Source: an uncultured Clostridium sp. (lineage in GTDB: Bacteria > Bacillota > Clostridia > TANB77 > CAG-508). From it: DNA of 64,000 bases. Position 1 is the stretch's first letter. The number at the start of each line of letters is the position of its first letter. The notes under the pieces are model-generated. The model made no database searches. It was not told the DNA's origin and worked only from the letters and a program-made list of their open reading frames with translations. Both the position numbers and the translations under genes were made by a program. Shown here in pieces: positions 18,892 through 29,329 of the stretch. The stretch covers positions 69,324 to 133,323 of the forward strand of contig CAMMDS010000001.1 of assembly GCA_946495655.1 (NCBI GenBank), given 5' to 3'.

Positions 18892-20868
18892 TTATTTTTT
18901 TGGTTTGTTCCATGAAATATAATCGCATGAATCTGGATTATTTTCACAAATATAAAATTTTCTTTTCTTTTTAGATTTTCGTACCTGTATCTTTCCTCCA
19001 CACTTAGGGCATGGAATATCAATTGTTTCTACTAATGGTTTAGTATTTTTACATTTTGGATATCCTGGACAAGCTAAGAATTTACCAAATCTACCATATT
19101 TAATAACCATCATTCTTCCACATTTATCACATGGTACATCTGAAACTTCTTCTTTTAATTCTACATGCTCTAATTCTTTCTCTACTCTTTCAACTTCTTT
19201 TTCAAATGGTCCGTAAAATTCTCTAATTACTTGTTTCCAGTTTTCTTTACCTTCTGCCACCTCATCAAACTCCTCTTCTATTTTTGCTGTAAATTCAACA
19301 TTTATGATATCTGAGAAATTTTCTGTAAGTAATTTATTTACTACTTTACCAAGTTCTGTAGGAATTAATTGTTTTTGCTCTTTTTCTATATATCTTCTTT
19401 CTAGTATTGTTGTAATTGTTGGAGAATATGTACTAGGTCTTCCTATTCCTTTTTCTTCCAAAGCTTTTACCAAACTTGCCTCTGTATATCTTGGTGGTGG
19501 TTCTGTAAAGCTTTGCTTTGCATCTAATTTCTGTTTTTTTACTTCTTGATTTTCTTTTAGATTAGGAACAAATGATTCTTCATTCTCATCTGTTTTATTA
19601 TCCAAAGTTTCAACATATAGTGTCATAAAACCTTTAAATTTTAAAGATTGTCCACTAGCTCTAAAATTATATTCATTAACATCTATATTAGCAGATATAG
19701 TATCATATATTGCTGCACTCATTTGACTTGCTAAAAATCTGTTATATATTAATTTATATAATTTATATTGATCTTTAGTTAAATCATCTTTTATTTGTTC
19801 TGGATTCAAATCAATATATGTTGGTCTTATACCTTCATGAGCATCTTGTGAAGTTTGTTTCGTTTTATAATACCTATTTTCATAATACTCTGCTCCATAT
19901 TGTTTAACTATTTCTTTTTTAGCAGCACTTCTTGCTTCTTCTGATATTCTAGTAGAATCTGTTCTCATATATGTAATTAACCCTATAGTTCCTCTTTCTG
20001 ATACTTTAACTCCTTCATATAGTCCCTGCGCTACAGACATCGTTTTCTTTAATGTAAATCCTAACTTTCTCGAAGCTTCTTGTTGCATTGTACTAGTTGT
20101 AAAAGGTGGAGCAGGAGTTCTTTTTCTTTCTCCTTTTTTTACTTCTGTAACAATATATTTTCCTTTTTCTATATTTTTTAATATTTCATCTACTTCTTCT
20201 TTATTATGAATCTCTAATTTTTTCTTGTTTTTTCCATATAACCTAGCAACAAAAGTTTTATTTGATTCTTCATCTAGCAAAGTAGCTAATATATTCCAAT
20301 ACTCCTCTGGTATAAATTTTTCTATTTCTTCTTCCCTATCAACAATGAGCTTAACTGCAACAGATTGTACTCTTCCAGCTGATAGTCCTCTTCTTACTTT
20401 TTTCCAAAGTACAGGACTTATTTTATAACCAACTATTCTATCTAAAACACGTCTTGCTTGCTGTGCATCAGTTAAATTCATATCTATTTTTCTTGGATTC
20501 TTTATAGAACTTTGTACTGTTTCTTTTGTTATTTCGTTAAAAGTTACTCTACATACAGAATCTTCTGGAATTCCCAATATATATGCTAAATGCCATGCTA
20601 TTGCTTCTCCTTCACGATCAGGGTCAGTTGCAAGATAAACTTTTTTAGCTTTTTTAGCATCTGCTTTTAAAGATTTAATTAAATCACCTTTTCCCCTAAT
20701 ATTTATATATTCTGGCTCAAAATCATGTTCTATGTCTATACCCATTTTTGATTTTGGTAAGTCTCTAATATGTCCCATAGATGCCACTACTTTAGTATTA
20801 CCACCAAGAAATTTCTTTATAGTATTAGCTTTTGCAGGTGATTCTACAATTATTAATTTATCTGCCAT
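18892..20868 (-). CDS. topA: DNA topoisomerase I
   Basis: Toprim N-terminus (LIIVESPAKA, DPDREGE), the catalytic-Tyr region, and C-terminal CxxC...CxxC zinc ribbons. Confidence 0.96.
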   Translation of the reverse strand: MADKLIIVESPAKANTIKKFLGGNTKVVASMGHIRDLPKSKMGIDIEHDFEPEYINIRGKGDLIKSLKADAKKAKKVYLATDPDREGEAIAWHLAYILGIPEDSVCRVTFNEITKETVQSSIKNPRKIDMNLTDAQQARRVLDRIVGYKISPVLWKKVRRGLSAGRVQSVAVKLIVDREEEIEKFIPEEYWNILATLLDEESNKTFVARLYGKNKKKLEIHNKEEVDEILKNIEKGKYIVTEVKKGERKRTPAPPFTTSTMQQEASRKLGFTLKKTMSVAQGLYEGVKVSERGTIGLITYMRTDSTRISEEARSAAKKEIVKQYGAEYYENRYYKTKQTSQDAHEGIRPTYIDLNPEQIKDDLTKDQYKLYKLIYNRFLASQMSAAIYDTISANIDVNEYNFRASGQSLKFKGFMTLYVETLDNKTDENEESFVPNLKENQEVKKQKLDAKQSFTEPPPRYTEASLVKALEEKGIGRPSTYSPTITTILERRYIEKEQKQLIPTELGKVVNKLLTENFSDIINVEFTAKIEEEFDEVAEGKENWKQVIREFYGPFEKEVERVEKELEHVELKEEVSDVPCDKCGRMMVIKYGRFGKFLACPGYPKCKNTKPLVETIDIPCPKCGGKIQVRKSKKKRKFYICENNPDSCDYISWNKPKK

Positions 20869-21002
20869 ATTCTTTATAGATAACTACTAAATTTTAGTTA
20901 TCTTTTCTCCTTTCATAATTTAGACTCAAGAAAAGTCTATATAGTATAATACCGTATATTATTTCTTTTTGCAAGTAATTTGTCTAAAAAATCAGTTTTG
21001 GT

Positions 21003-21317
21003 TTATCCCAAAACTGATATGTCTGAAATTATATCATCTACTGTAATTGGTGTTACTTTATTTATCATTAATATCTCTAATAGTCTATTTATTACTTTTT
21101 CTTCACTAGAAATGTTGTTTATTACTTTAGATTCAATATTAAATTTCTCGTCTTTATCCTTCTTTTTTACTACTTCGATTCCATATTTCCTTTCTTCCTT
21201 TTCGGCTAAATTGCGAGTTTCATAATATTCTAATTCAATTTTTTCATTGTCATTTAGTTCTTCTGAGTCTGAACTATCTATTACGGTTCTTCCAAAAAAG
21301 CTTTTCTTGTACTCCAT
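21003..21317 (-). CDS. Small conserved-looking hypothetical protein
   Basis: 104-aa ORF with its own promoter and tandem Spo0A boxes upstream. Confidence 0.65.
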   Translation of the reverse strand: MEYKKSFFGRTVIDSSDSEELNDNEKIELEYYETRNLAEKEERKYGIEVVKKKDKDEKFNIESKVINNISSEEKVINRLLEILMINKVTPITVDDIISDISVLG

Positions 21318-21354
21318 CTTTTGTTTCCCCCTTTCTTAGACAACGTACTTTTCT

Positions 21355-21419
21355 AATATAATACAAATGATTTGAAATATCAAGGATTTTCGTATCCCTC
21401 GCTTCGACATATTTCGACA
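21355..21419 (-). promoter_or_regulatory. Sigma-A-type promoter preceded by two tandem perfect Spo0A (0A) boxes
   Basis: On the - strand: TGTCGAA ata TGTCGAA (21419-21413 and 21409-21403, 10-bp period). Then TTGATA (21383-21378), a 17-nt spacer and TATATT (21360-21355). The ATG is at 21317. Confidence 0.55.
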
Positions 21420-21497
21420 TTTTCTATTTAAGTAATTAAAAATACAGAAAAGCTGGATTACTCAACTTCTCTGTATAATATATATTCACACTTTATT

Positions 21498-22625
21498 TTA
21501 TTTATTCCTATTATTTATAACTTTTTTTATTTCGTTATATATATTTTCTTCTACATTCTGCATAGCAACTTTATTTGCATTCTTACTCATTGTTTCTATT
21601 ATACTTTTATCATTTACAATTTCATTTATAGTGTTGCCTAAAATCTCAGAATTCAAATCTTTATTAAGTATAATTTTTGCTGCTCCAACTCCCTCTAGTA
21701 CTCTTGCATTATATTCTTGATGATTTTCTGTTGCATATGGAAATGGGATAAAAATTGCAGGTTTGCCAACCACAGATATTTCTGTAATGGTCATAGCTCC
21801 ACTTCTACAAACTACTAAGTCTGCAATATTCATTATTTCTTCCATATTGTATATATATGGAACAATCTTTACATTTTCTATATTATTAATATCTATATTA
21901 ATTTCTTCTAATTTATCTTTAATTTCCTTATATTGTTCCGGTCCAGCAGCCCACATAATCTGATAATCTTTATTTTTTTTGTTTACAATTATTTCGATAA
22001 GACTCTGATTAATACTTTTTGCTCCTTGGCTACCACCAAAAACTAAAACTATTGGTTTGTTATTATTTAATCCTGCTTCTTTAATAATTTTATTTTTCTC
22101 ATCTTTGCTGAAATTTATTTTCTTTATTTTAATTGGATTTCCAGTTACTACAACGTTTTCTCTGTTATCAAGTCTTTCTTTTGCATCTTTAAATCCTACA
22201 AGGATTTTATCAGCTTTTTTCTTAAAAAGTTTAACTGCTATTCCTGGAAATGCATTGCTCTCATGTAATACAACTGGTATACCTAACTTTTTTGCAGCAA
22301 GTACTGTAGGTACACAGATATATCCTCCTGTGCCAATAAGTACATCTGGTTTAAATTCTTTTAAAATTTCTTTTGCTTTATTTATGGATTTATATGTAGC
22401 ATATAAGTTTTTCAAATTCTGTATTGTTATTTTTCTTTCAATACCATATGCATCTATGGTTTTTAAATCATATCCTGCTCTTGGAACTAAATCTTTTTCC
22501 AATCCTCTTCCAGTGCCAATGAAAATAATTTCTGAATTTGTTTCTTTCTCTTTTATTTTATTTGCTATTGCTATTCCAGGATTAATATGCCCTCCTGTAC
22601 CAGCTGCTGCAATTATAGCTCTCAT
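21498..22625 (-). CDS. murG: UDP-GlcNAc:lipid I N-acetylglucosaminyltransferase MurG
   Basis: AAGTGGHINPG motif. I place the start at the second ATG (22625), which has GGAGGA 5 nt upstream. The ORF track starts at 22637. Confidence 0.93.
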   Translation of the reverse strand: MRAIIAAAGTGGHINPGIAIANKIKEKETNSEIIFIGTGRGLEKDLVPRAGYDLKTIDAYGIERKITIQNLKNLYATYKSINKAKEILKEFKPDVLIGTGGYICVPTVLAAKKLGIPVVLHESNAFPGIAVKLFKKKADKILVGFKDAKERLDNRENVVVTGNPIKIKKINFSKDEKNKIIKEAGLNNNKPIVLVFGGSQGAKSINQSLIEIIVNKKNKDYQIMWAAGPEQYKEIKDKLEEINIDINNIENVKIVPYIYNMEEIMNIADLVVCRSGAMTITEISVVGKPAIFIPFPYATENHQEYNARVLEGVGAAKIILNKDLNSEILGNTINEIVNDKSIIETMSKNANKVAMQNVEENIYNEIKKVINNRNK

Positions 22626-22671
22626 CTTTTCCTCCATCCAATTTTAATTAAACAAATATTTTCTTTTCTAA

Positions 22672-23847
22672 CTACACTTTTGATTTTGACTTAGATATAT
22701 TTAATAATATTCCGCACATTCCAAGTAACATTATGAGTGCTGTACCTCCAGCACTAAAGAATGGTAATGAAATACCTGTATTTGGTATAGAATTGGTTAC
22801 AACTCCAATGTTTAGTGCTACTTGAACCATTACAAGTGTTGTAATACCTGTTGCAAGCAAACTTCCAAACATATCTTGAGCTTTCATTGCTATAATTATA
22901 CCTCTCCATATGAATAGAGCAAAAAGAATAATTACTACAACACATCCAACAAATCCTAATTCCTCTGCCAAAATAGAAAATATAAAGTCATTTTGCGGTT
23001 CTGAAACATACAAATATTTTTGTTTGCTCTCTCCAAGTCCTACTCCAAATAATCCTCCAGAACCAATTGCATATAGTCCCTGAATTGTTTGCCATCCTTG
23101 CCCTGTTGGATCTTGCCATGGGTCCATATAATTCAAAATTCTTCCAAGTCTAAAGCTATCATCTCCAGCACTTTCTCCTGCTCTTGATAAATATATTGCA
23201 AGTGCGGCGATACCTCCTCCTCCCACAACTACTCCTGAAATTATAAAATATAATAATCTACATCCTGCCATTAACATCATTACAAATGTTATTGCACTCA
23301 TTATTATACCAACACTTAAATGGTTTTGTATAAATAAAGCTATTAAAACCGGTGGTAGTAAAAATAATAATGGATAAATAAACCCTTTTTTAAAACTTTT
23401 TAAATCATCTTTATGATCTGTTAAGTAACCAGCATAAAAAATTATAAGACCTATTTTTGTTATTTCTGAAGGTTGAAACACAGTAAATCTCAAATCAATC
23501 CATCTTAATGCTCCACCACTTGAATATCCTAATCCAGGAATTAATACAAGTAATAAAATTCCAACGGAAAACCAATATATTGGCCAATATAATTTTTTAT
23601 ATAATCTATAATCTACTTTTGACGCTACCCACATTACCGCAAGCCCCAATACAGCAAATTGTATTTGACTTATTACATATGTATAACTACTTCCTGTTTC
23701 AGCTAATGCTGATGGAGCACTTGCTGATAAAATCATTACTATTCCAAATAGCAATAGTATAATAATAATTACAATTAAAACAAAATCCACTTGTCTCTTT
23801 TTCACTTTGTTTACACTTTTTGTTTTGTTTTGCATTTTGCTTATCAA
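22672..23847 (-). CDS. ftsW: SEDS-family peptidoglycan polymerase (FtsW/SpoVE type)
   Basis: Polytopic membrane protein in the dcw-cluster position between mraY and murG. Whether it is FtsW or SpoVE cannot be decided here. Confidence 0.88.
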   Translation of the reverse strand: MISKMQNKTKSVNKVKKRQVDFVLIVIIIILLLFGIVMILSASAPSALAETGSSYTYVISQIQFAVLGLAVMWVASKVDYRLYKKLYWPIYWFSVGILLLVLIPGLGYSSGGALRWIDLRFTVFQPSEITKIGLIIFYAGYLTDHKDDLKSFKKGFIYPLLFLLPPVLIALFIQNHLSVGIIMSAITFVMMLMAGCRLLYFIISGVVVGGGGIAALAIYLSRAGESAGDDSFRLGRILNYMDPWQDPTGQGWQTIQGLYAIGSGGLFGVGLGESKQKYLYVSEPQNDFIFSILAEELGFVGCVVVIILFALFIWRGIIIAMKAQDMFGSLLATGITTLVMVQVALNIGVVTNSIPNTGISLPFFSAGGTALIMLLGMCGILLNISKSKSKV

Positions 23848-23902
23848 TCCTTTCCTAAGTGTAAAATTTTAATCCATATGTTCATTTCATCATAATCTTT
23901 GG

Positions 23903-24880
23903 CTATATTGCAAATAAACCAATTATGCAAAAAACTAATGTTATCAAACTAAATACTGATACTATTTTATTCTCTTTCCATCCAGATAATTCAAAATGGT
24001 GATGTATTGGTGTCATTTTAAATACTCTATTTCCTGTTTTCTTAAAATATGTAACCTGTATCATAACAGACAAAGTTTCTATAATAGGAATAATTGCAAG
24101 AATAAGTAATAATAATGGCATTTTTAAATATAATGCTATGCCTGCAATAGCTCCCCCTAGCATTAGAGAGCCAGTATCCCCCATCATAACTTTTGCCGGA
24201 TGTAAATTAAATAATAAAAATCCTAAGCATGCACCTATTAATATTGAACCGAAAGCTGTAACTTCTTTTACTCCTAATAATATTGATATTACTGTTAAGC
24301 AAGTAAGTATAATTGTTGTAACGCTAGTAGATAATCCATCTATTCCATCTGTTAAGTTAATAGCATTAGTTGTTGCTAGCATCACTATTACTGCAAACGG
24401 AACATATAGCCACATAGGAAGCGTTACATATTCTTTTACAAATGGTATATATATATCAGTTCCTATGTTAAATACATTTACAAGCACTATAGTATATGCA
24501 ACTGCAACTATTAAAAGTCCTATCATTTTTGCTCTTGGACTTAATCCTTTTGTATTTTTTAAAACTAATTTCTTAAAATCATCTATAAAACCTATTAATC
24601 CAAATCCTACAGCTACTCCTATTAATGGTAAGATAGCTCTTGCTACCTCTATTTGATCTTTTGCAAAATCTAAATATAAAAATCCACCTAATACTACAAT
24701 TACTAGAATCATAATGATTCCACCCATTGTTGGAGTTCCTTGCTTCTTTAAATGGGATTGTGGTCCCTCTGTTCTTTCTATTTGCCCTACTTTTAACTTT
24801 CTTAAAATTGGTACAATTATCAATGATAATACTACACTTGCCACGAATGACAGTAGTAATATCTTATTTTGATATTGCAT
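23903..24880 (-). CDS. mraY: Phospho-N-acetylmuramoyl-pentapeptide transferase
   Basis: NAINLTDGIDGL and HHHFE motifs; 325 aa. Confidence 0.96.
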   Translation of the reverse strand: MQYQNKILLLSFVASVVLSLIIVPILRKLKVGQIERTEGPQSHLKKQGTPTMGGIIMILVIVVLGGFLYLDFAKDQIEVARAILPLIGVAVGFGLIGFIDDFKKLVLKNTKGLSPRAKMIGLLIVAVAYTIVLVNVFNIGTDIYIPFVKEYVTLPMWLYVPFAVIVMLATTNAINLTDGIDGLSTSVTTIILTCLTVISILLGVKEVTAFGSILIGACLGFLLFNLHPAKVMMGDTGSLMLGGAIAGIALYLKMPLLLLILAIIPIIETLSVMIQVTYFKKTGNRVFKMTPIHHHFELSGWKENKIVSVFSLITLVFCIIGLFAI

Positions 24881-24915
24881 ATAATTTCCTCCTTTGTCGT
24901 TTTATATCTATTATT

Positions 24916-26400
24916 TTATTTTTTAATCATTTCATCAATTATTTCATTTACTATCTTATTCTCATCAAATGGATATCTTTTTTTATTAATTTCTTGATAT
25001 TGTTCATGACCTTTTCCAGCTAAAATTATTATATCTTTTTTATTTGCCATTTTTATTGCTTTCTTAATAGCTTCTTTTCTATCTACTATACATTCATATT
25101 TTCCATTTGTCTTTTTTATTCCTTCTTCAATATCCTTTACAATTGTTTCTGGATTTTCTGTTCTTGGATTATCTGATGTAATAATTGAATAATCTGCTAC
25201 TCTTCCTGAAACTTCTCCCATCATAGGTCTTTTATTTTTGTCTCTATCTCCTCCACAACCAAAAACAGAAATTACTCTTCCTTTTGTATAGATTTTTACT
25301 GAAGATAATATTTTTTCCAAACTTTCTGGAGTATGAGCATAATCAATCATTATAGTTAATCCTAATTTATTATCAACTAACTCACTTCTACCTGGTACTC
25401 TTATATTTAACAAAGATTCCTTAATGTTTTCACTAGTGCAACCAAACTGAAGAGCCACTGCTATAGCAGCTAACGAATTATACACACTAAATCTGCCAGG
25501 TATTGATACTTTTATTCTTTCATTTCTATCTCCTAATTTAACTTTAAAATCTACATACTGATTTGTAACTGTAATATCTTTTGCAAGCAAATTACAATAA
25601 TTATCTATACCATATGTACTAATCTGACATTCTGGAGCAAGTTTTGGTATCATCGCAGCATGAACATCATCTGCATTAATAAAGCCTTTTTTACACATTT
25701 TAAATAATTTAACTTTTGAATTAAAGTAATCTTCCATATTTGGATGTTCTTTTGTACTAATATGGTCCTCTGCAAAGTTAGTAAAAATACCTATATCAAA
25801 ATCACATCCTGCTACCCTATCAAGTTTCAAACTTTGTGATGATACTTCCATTACAACTACTTCACATTTTTCTTCTACCATTTTACTAAAGATTTCTTGT
25901 AATTTTAAACTTTCTGGTGTTGTATTCTCATTATCTGCTATTTTTTTATTATTAACATATGATGCAACTGTTCCGATTAGTCCTACCTTTATTCCTTGTT
26001 TCTGTAATATATTACTTATCATATATGTAGTAGTTGTTTTTCCTTTTGTTCCTGTAACACCAATAAGCTTCATTTTTTTAGATGGGTTTTTATAGAAATT
26101 ACATGCTGCTATTGCTAAAGCATATCTTGTGTTTTTGGTTAAAACCAAAGTAACATTTTCTGGGATTTGTTTTAGTATATTTTTGTCAATTCCATCCTCT
26201 TGTGCTAATATTACTTTAGCCCCATTTTCTATAGCTTCTAAAATACATTCATGACCATCAAAATCAAACCCTTTTATTGCTATAAACATATCATTATCTT
26301 GAACATCTTTAGAATTATTTTTGATTTTATTTATATCTATATCTAGGTTTCCCTTAACTTTTAATTCTTCTAATCCTGATAGAATATTTTTTAAATCCAT
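24916..26400 (-). CDS. murE: UDP-MurNAc-L-Ala-D-Glu:meso-diaminopimelate ligase
   Basis: GTKGKTT P-loop. TSDNPRTE contains the DNPR motif associated with meso-DAP-adding MurE enzymes. Confidence 0.93.
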   Translation of the reverse strand: MDLKNILSGLEELKVKGNLDIDINKIKNNSKDVQDNDMFIAIKGFDFDGHECILEAIENGAKVILAQEDGIDKNILKQIPENVTLVLTKNTRYALAIAACNFYKNPSKKMKLIGVTGTKGKTTTTYMISNILQKQGIKVGLIGTVASYVNNKKIADNENTTPESLKLQEIFSKMVEEKCEVVVMEVSSQSLKLDRVAGCDFDIGIFTNFAEDHISTKEHPNMEDYFNSKVKLFKMCKKGFINADDVHAAMIPKLAPECQISTYGIDNYCNLLAKDITVTNQYVDFKVKLGDRNERIKVSIPGRFSVYNSLAAIAVALQFGCTSENIKESLLNIRVPGRSELVDNKLGLTIMIDYAHTPESLEKILSSVKIYTKGRVISVFGCGGDRDKNKRPMMGEVSGRVADYSIITSDNPRTENPETIVKDIEEGIKKTNGKYECIVDRKEAIKKAIKMANKKDIIILAGKGHEQYQEINKKRYPFDENKIVNEIIDEMIKK

Positions 26401-26496
26401 AATATAGATTTCTCCTTTCCCATTATTCTATAATACGCCGTTTACATTATATAACTAATTTTCAATTTTGTATATAGTTTGACATTTTTTTCTTGC

Positions 26497-26790
26497 TTAA
26501 TTTTCATATTCTATAATAACATTAGTGCCTTCATATATTTCTATTCCATTAATTGGCGTTTGCTTTGTTATGATTTTTTCTGAAACATCCTCATTAGTTT
26601 CGCCATAATCTATTCCTAAATTTAGTTTTTCCAATTCTTTTTTTGCTTCTGAAATTGTCATTCCTACTACATTTGGAACTTTTACCTCTTTCTTTATATC
26701 TTCTTCTGATGTATTATCTTTTTTAACTTCTAAATATGGTAATACTTCTCCCAATACTTGTGAACCTATTGGTGCTGCCACACCACCTCC
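26497..26790 (-). pseudogene. 3' fragment of the split class-B PBP gene (last transpeptidase helix plus one PASTA domain)
   Basis: It reads GGGVAAPIGSQVLGEVLPYL..., colinear with ...GSQVAAPVVAQILTEVLPYL of the paralog at 41064..43367. It has no ATG of its own; the M in the track is an internal GTG. It is in frame with the 5' fragment once 5,765 bp are removed. Confidence 0.85.
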
Positions 26791-26829
26791 TTGAGTGATT
26801 ATAACAACACAAATAGCTTTATAAATTTG

Positions 26830-28527
26830 TTACTTGATTAATTGATATGCTTTATTATTTTCTATATATTCTAAGCATCTTTTAAATTCATCTTCAAACT
26901 TAAATTTTATTGTTATCTTTCTATTTTCATGAACATAAATGCAATCTATTAATTCCATAATTATGTCTCTTGATAATCTTGGTATAGCCCTTCTTGTTTT
27001 TAATTCATCTATCCATTCATTTTCATATATATTTTGTTTTTTGTGATTTTCTCTTTCTTTTTGTAATTCATCTATATTTATTCTTAATTTTTCTAAATCT
27101 TTTTCATATTTTTGTTTGTATTCTAGATATTCTTCCTTAGTTATATCTCCATTTTTCCAATCTTCATATAAATTTAATTTAAAATTTGATATTCTCGAAA
27201 TGTCGTTTTTCTTTGAATTTATTATTTTTTCTATATTATTGTTTTTAGTATTTTTACATGGACTTTGCTCTATCTCTTTTATCATTTCGTCTATATCTAT
27301 TAGTAGATTAATATGTAAATTTATTGCTTGTAAAACTGCTTGAGCTAAATTTTCCACTTTAATAGTATGTTTTGTGCATAACTTATTTGATTTTTTTCTA
27401 TAAGTGCTACAAATATAATATTCATAACTATTACCATTTTTATTTGTGCTACTCTTTTTATTCATTGCTCTCTTACAATCACTACATCTTAAAAAACCTG
27501 CCCATATAGATAATTCTTTTGTTTTTTGTGATACTTTTGTATCTTTTCTGCTTAATTCCTGAGCTTTTTCAAAGAGCTCTCTATCAATAATTGGTTCATG
27601 AGCATTTTCTACTCTAACCCATTCTTCTTTTGGAACCATTTCTATTTTGTGAATTTTATAGCTTTTAGTCCTTCTTTTTCCTTGAACTATATTACCCACA
27701 TATATTTCATTACTTAGAATATTTCGTACTGTAGAAGGTGTCCAAGTATATGTATTATTTTTTATACCACAGTTGTTATAATTTTGTTCTAGTTCTAATT
27801 TCTTATGTCCCGTCGGATTCAAAATACCTAAATTATTCAATCTATGGCAAATTGCAATTTTGCCTAACCCCTCATTAACATTCCAATTAAATATATCTCT
27901 GATAATGCCTTCCACACTTTTATCGATTATTAGTTTATGTTTGTCTTTGGGATCTTTTAAATATCCATAAGCAGGAAAAGCGCCTATAAATTCTCCTTTT
28001 TTCTTTTTTCCATTTAATGATGTTCTTATTTTTATTGAAGTATCTCGTGCATATTCATCATTAATCAAATTTTTAAACGGAACTAATATTGTATTCGTAC
28101 TTGCTGGATTCATGAAACTATCTATTACATCATTAATTGCTATGAATCTTATATTGAATATTGGAAATATTTGCTCTATATAGTTTCCTACTTCTATATA
28201 ATTTCTTCCAAGTCTTGATAAATCTTTTACAATAATGCAATCAACTTTGTTTTCTTTTATATCATTTAATAATCTTTGAAATGAAGGTCTGTTAAAATCC
28301 GTTCCCGTATAGCCATCATCTATATAAGTATCATATATTACAAAATCATCATGTTCTTCTACAAATTCATTCAATAACGTTTTTTGACTAGTTACACTAT
28401 TACTTTCTTGTTTATCTTTTCCATTATCTTCATCCTCTTGAGATAGTCTTATATATAATGCAACTGACCATATTTTTTCATTTATACTATTTTCATGAGA
28501 AGCATATTTTGATTTTCTACCAGCCAT
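26830..28527 (-). CDS. Large serine recombinase (TnpX/TndX/SpoIVCA class)
   Basis: Resolvase domain: VALYIRLSQED, DDGYTG, VKDLSRLGRN. It also has a recombinase domain, a Cys-rich ribbon (CSDCKRAM...YYICSTYRKKSNKLC), a long coiled coil and a C-terminal IDCIYVHENRKITIKFKF tail. Confidence 0.92.
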   Translation of the reverse strand: MAGRKSKYASHENSINEKIWSVALYIRLSQEDEDNGKDKQESNSVTSQKTLLNEFVEEHDDFVIYDTYIDDGYTGTDFNRPSFQRLLNDIKENKVDCIIVKDLSRLGRNYIEVGNYIEQIFPIFNIRFIAINDVIDSFMNPASTNTILVPFKNLINDEYARDTSIKIRTSLNGKKKKGEFIGAFPAYGYLKDPKDKHKLIIDKSVEGIIRDIFNWNVNEGLGKIAICHRLNNLGILNPTGHKKLELEQNYNNCGIKNNTYTWTPSTVRNILSNEIYVGNIVQGKRRTKSYKIHKIEMVPKEEWVRVENAHEPIIDRELFEKAQELSRKDTKVSQKTKELSIWAGFLRCSDCKRAMNKKSSTNKNGNSYEYYICSTYRKKSNKLCTKHTIKVENLAQAVLQAINLHINLLIDIDEMIKEIEQSPCKNTKNNNIEKIINSKKNDISRISNFKLNLYEDWKNGDITKEEYLEYKQKYEKDLEKLRINIDELQKERENHKKQNIYENEWIDELKTRRAIPRLSRDIIMELIDCIYVHENRKITIKFKFEDEFKRCLEYIENNKAYQLIK

Positions 28528-28590
28528 ATTTTTCCTCCATTTTAGAAATCTTTATTTAAGTTTATTAAGTTAATTAAATTATTATTACTA

Positions 28591-28625
28591 TATAACCCCA
28601 CACCATAAAATAGTGTGGGGTTATA
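28591..28625 (-). terminator. Strong hairpin between the cargo cassette and the recombinase gene
   Basis: Perfect 13-bp stem TATAACCCCACAC / GTGTGGGGTTATA with a 9-nt loop, 15 nt after the stop of the last cargo gene. The downstream tract is AT-rich but is not a clean U-run. Confidence 0.55.
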
Positions 28626-28639
28626 TAGTGTTTTCAAGA

Positions 28640-29329
28640 TTATCTTTCAATGAATTTATCTTCTCTGTCAAGCATTTCTTTTAAATTTTTCTTTAAATTT
28701 TGAAAGCTATTACCTGTTTTACCATAATACATAAAGTGCTTACTTGCCAATATACTAGCTGTTTTTCCATTTAATTCAATCTCTGCATAAGGATTTAATT
28801 TTTCTATTTCATCCATTTTATCATTATCTGAAAAATATCTTACATTATTTCCATCCATCAATTTTCTAAATGTTTCTACTGTTAAAGCACCATGTAATAT
28901 TATTACAGATGGTTTAAACTCTCTAATTACATTATCAAATACTTGAAGACTTTTTGATAATATCTTTTTATCAACTTTCTTTAATTCTTTTATGTTTTTT
29001 GTAGGATATGTAAAAATGTCTGTCTCTATCATGTATGTTCCCAATTCTCTTTCTGCCCATTCAGCAAATGATATAATACCCATTCTTGTTCTAGATATTG
29101 CTGTCTTCCCATTCTTTACTCTATTCTCTTTGTAAAATTTCATAAATGCTGCATAATTATTATACAATTTTATATATTCTTCTTTATTTATCTGTTCAGG
29201 ATAGATTGGTGTTGCTGGATTCGTTCCGACAAAACAAATTTTAGCTTTGTATGGATTCCCATTACAAATATATGGTCTTAAATATGGATGTCCTTGTCCT
29301 ACATATATATCTTTAAATTTCTCTTGCAC
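28640..29329 (-). CDS. Uracil-DNA-glycosylase-superfamily-like protein (putative DNA glycosylase, specificity unknown)
   Basis: The order of elements matches the UDG fold. KICFVGTNPA corresponds to motif A GxNPG/GEAPG. It is followed by MIETDIFTYP, VIILHG, and ASKHFMYYG in the position of the HPS motif B. This is pattern recognition only. Confidence 0.4.
   Translation of the reverse strand: MQEKFKDIYVGQGHPYLRPYICNGNPYKAKICFVGTNPATPIYPEQINKEEYIKLYNNYAAFMKFYKENRVKNGKTAISRTRMGIISFAEWAERELGTYMIETDIFTYPTKNIKELKKVDKKILSKSLQVFDNVIREFKPSVIILHGALTVETFRKLMDGNNVRYFSDNDKMDEIEKLNPYAEIELNGKTASILASKHFMYYGKTGNSFQNLKKNLKEMLDREDKFIER

Noticed and set aside
18840-19022. 60-aa - strand ORF overlapping the topA 3' end and the palindromic element.
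   Set aside because: It is out of frame with the topA zinc-ribbon region and starts inside the repeat element. It has no RBS.
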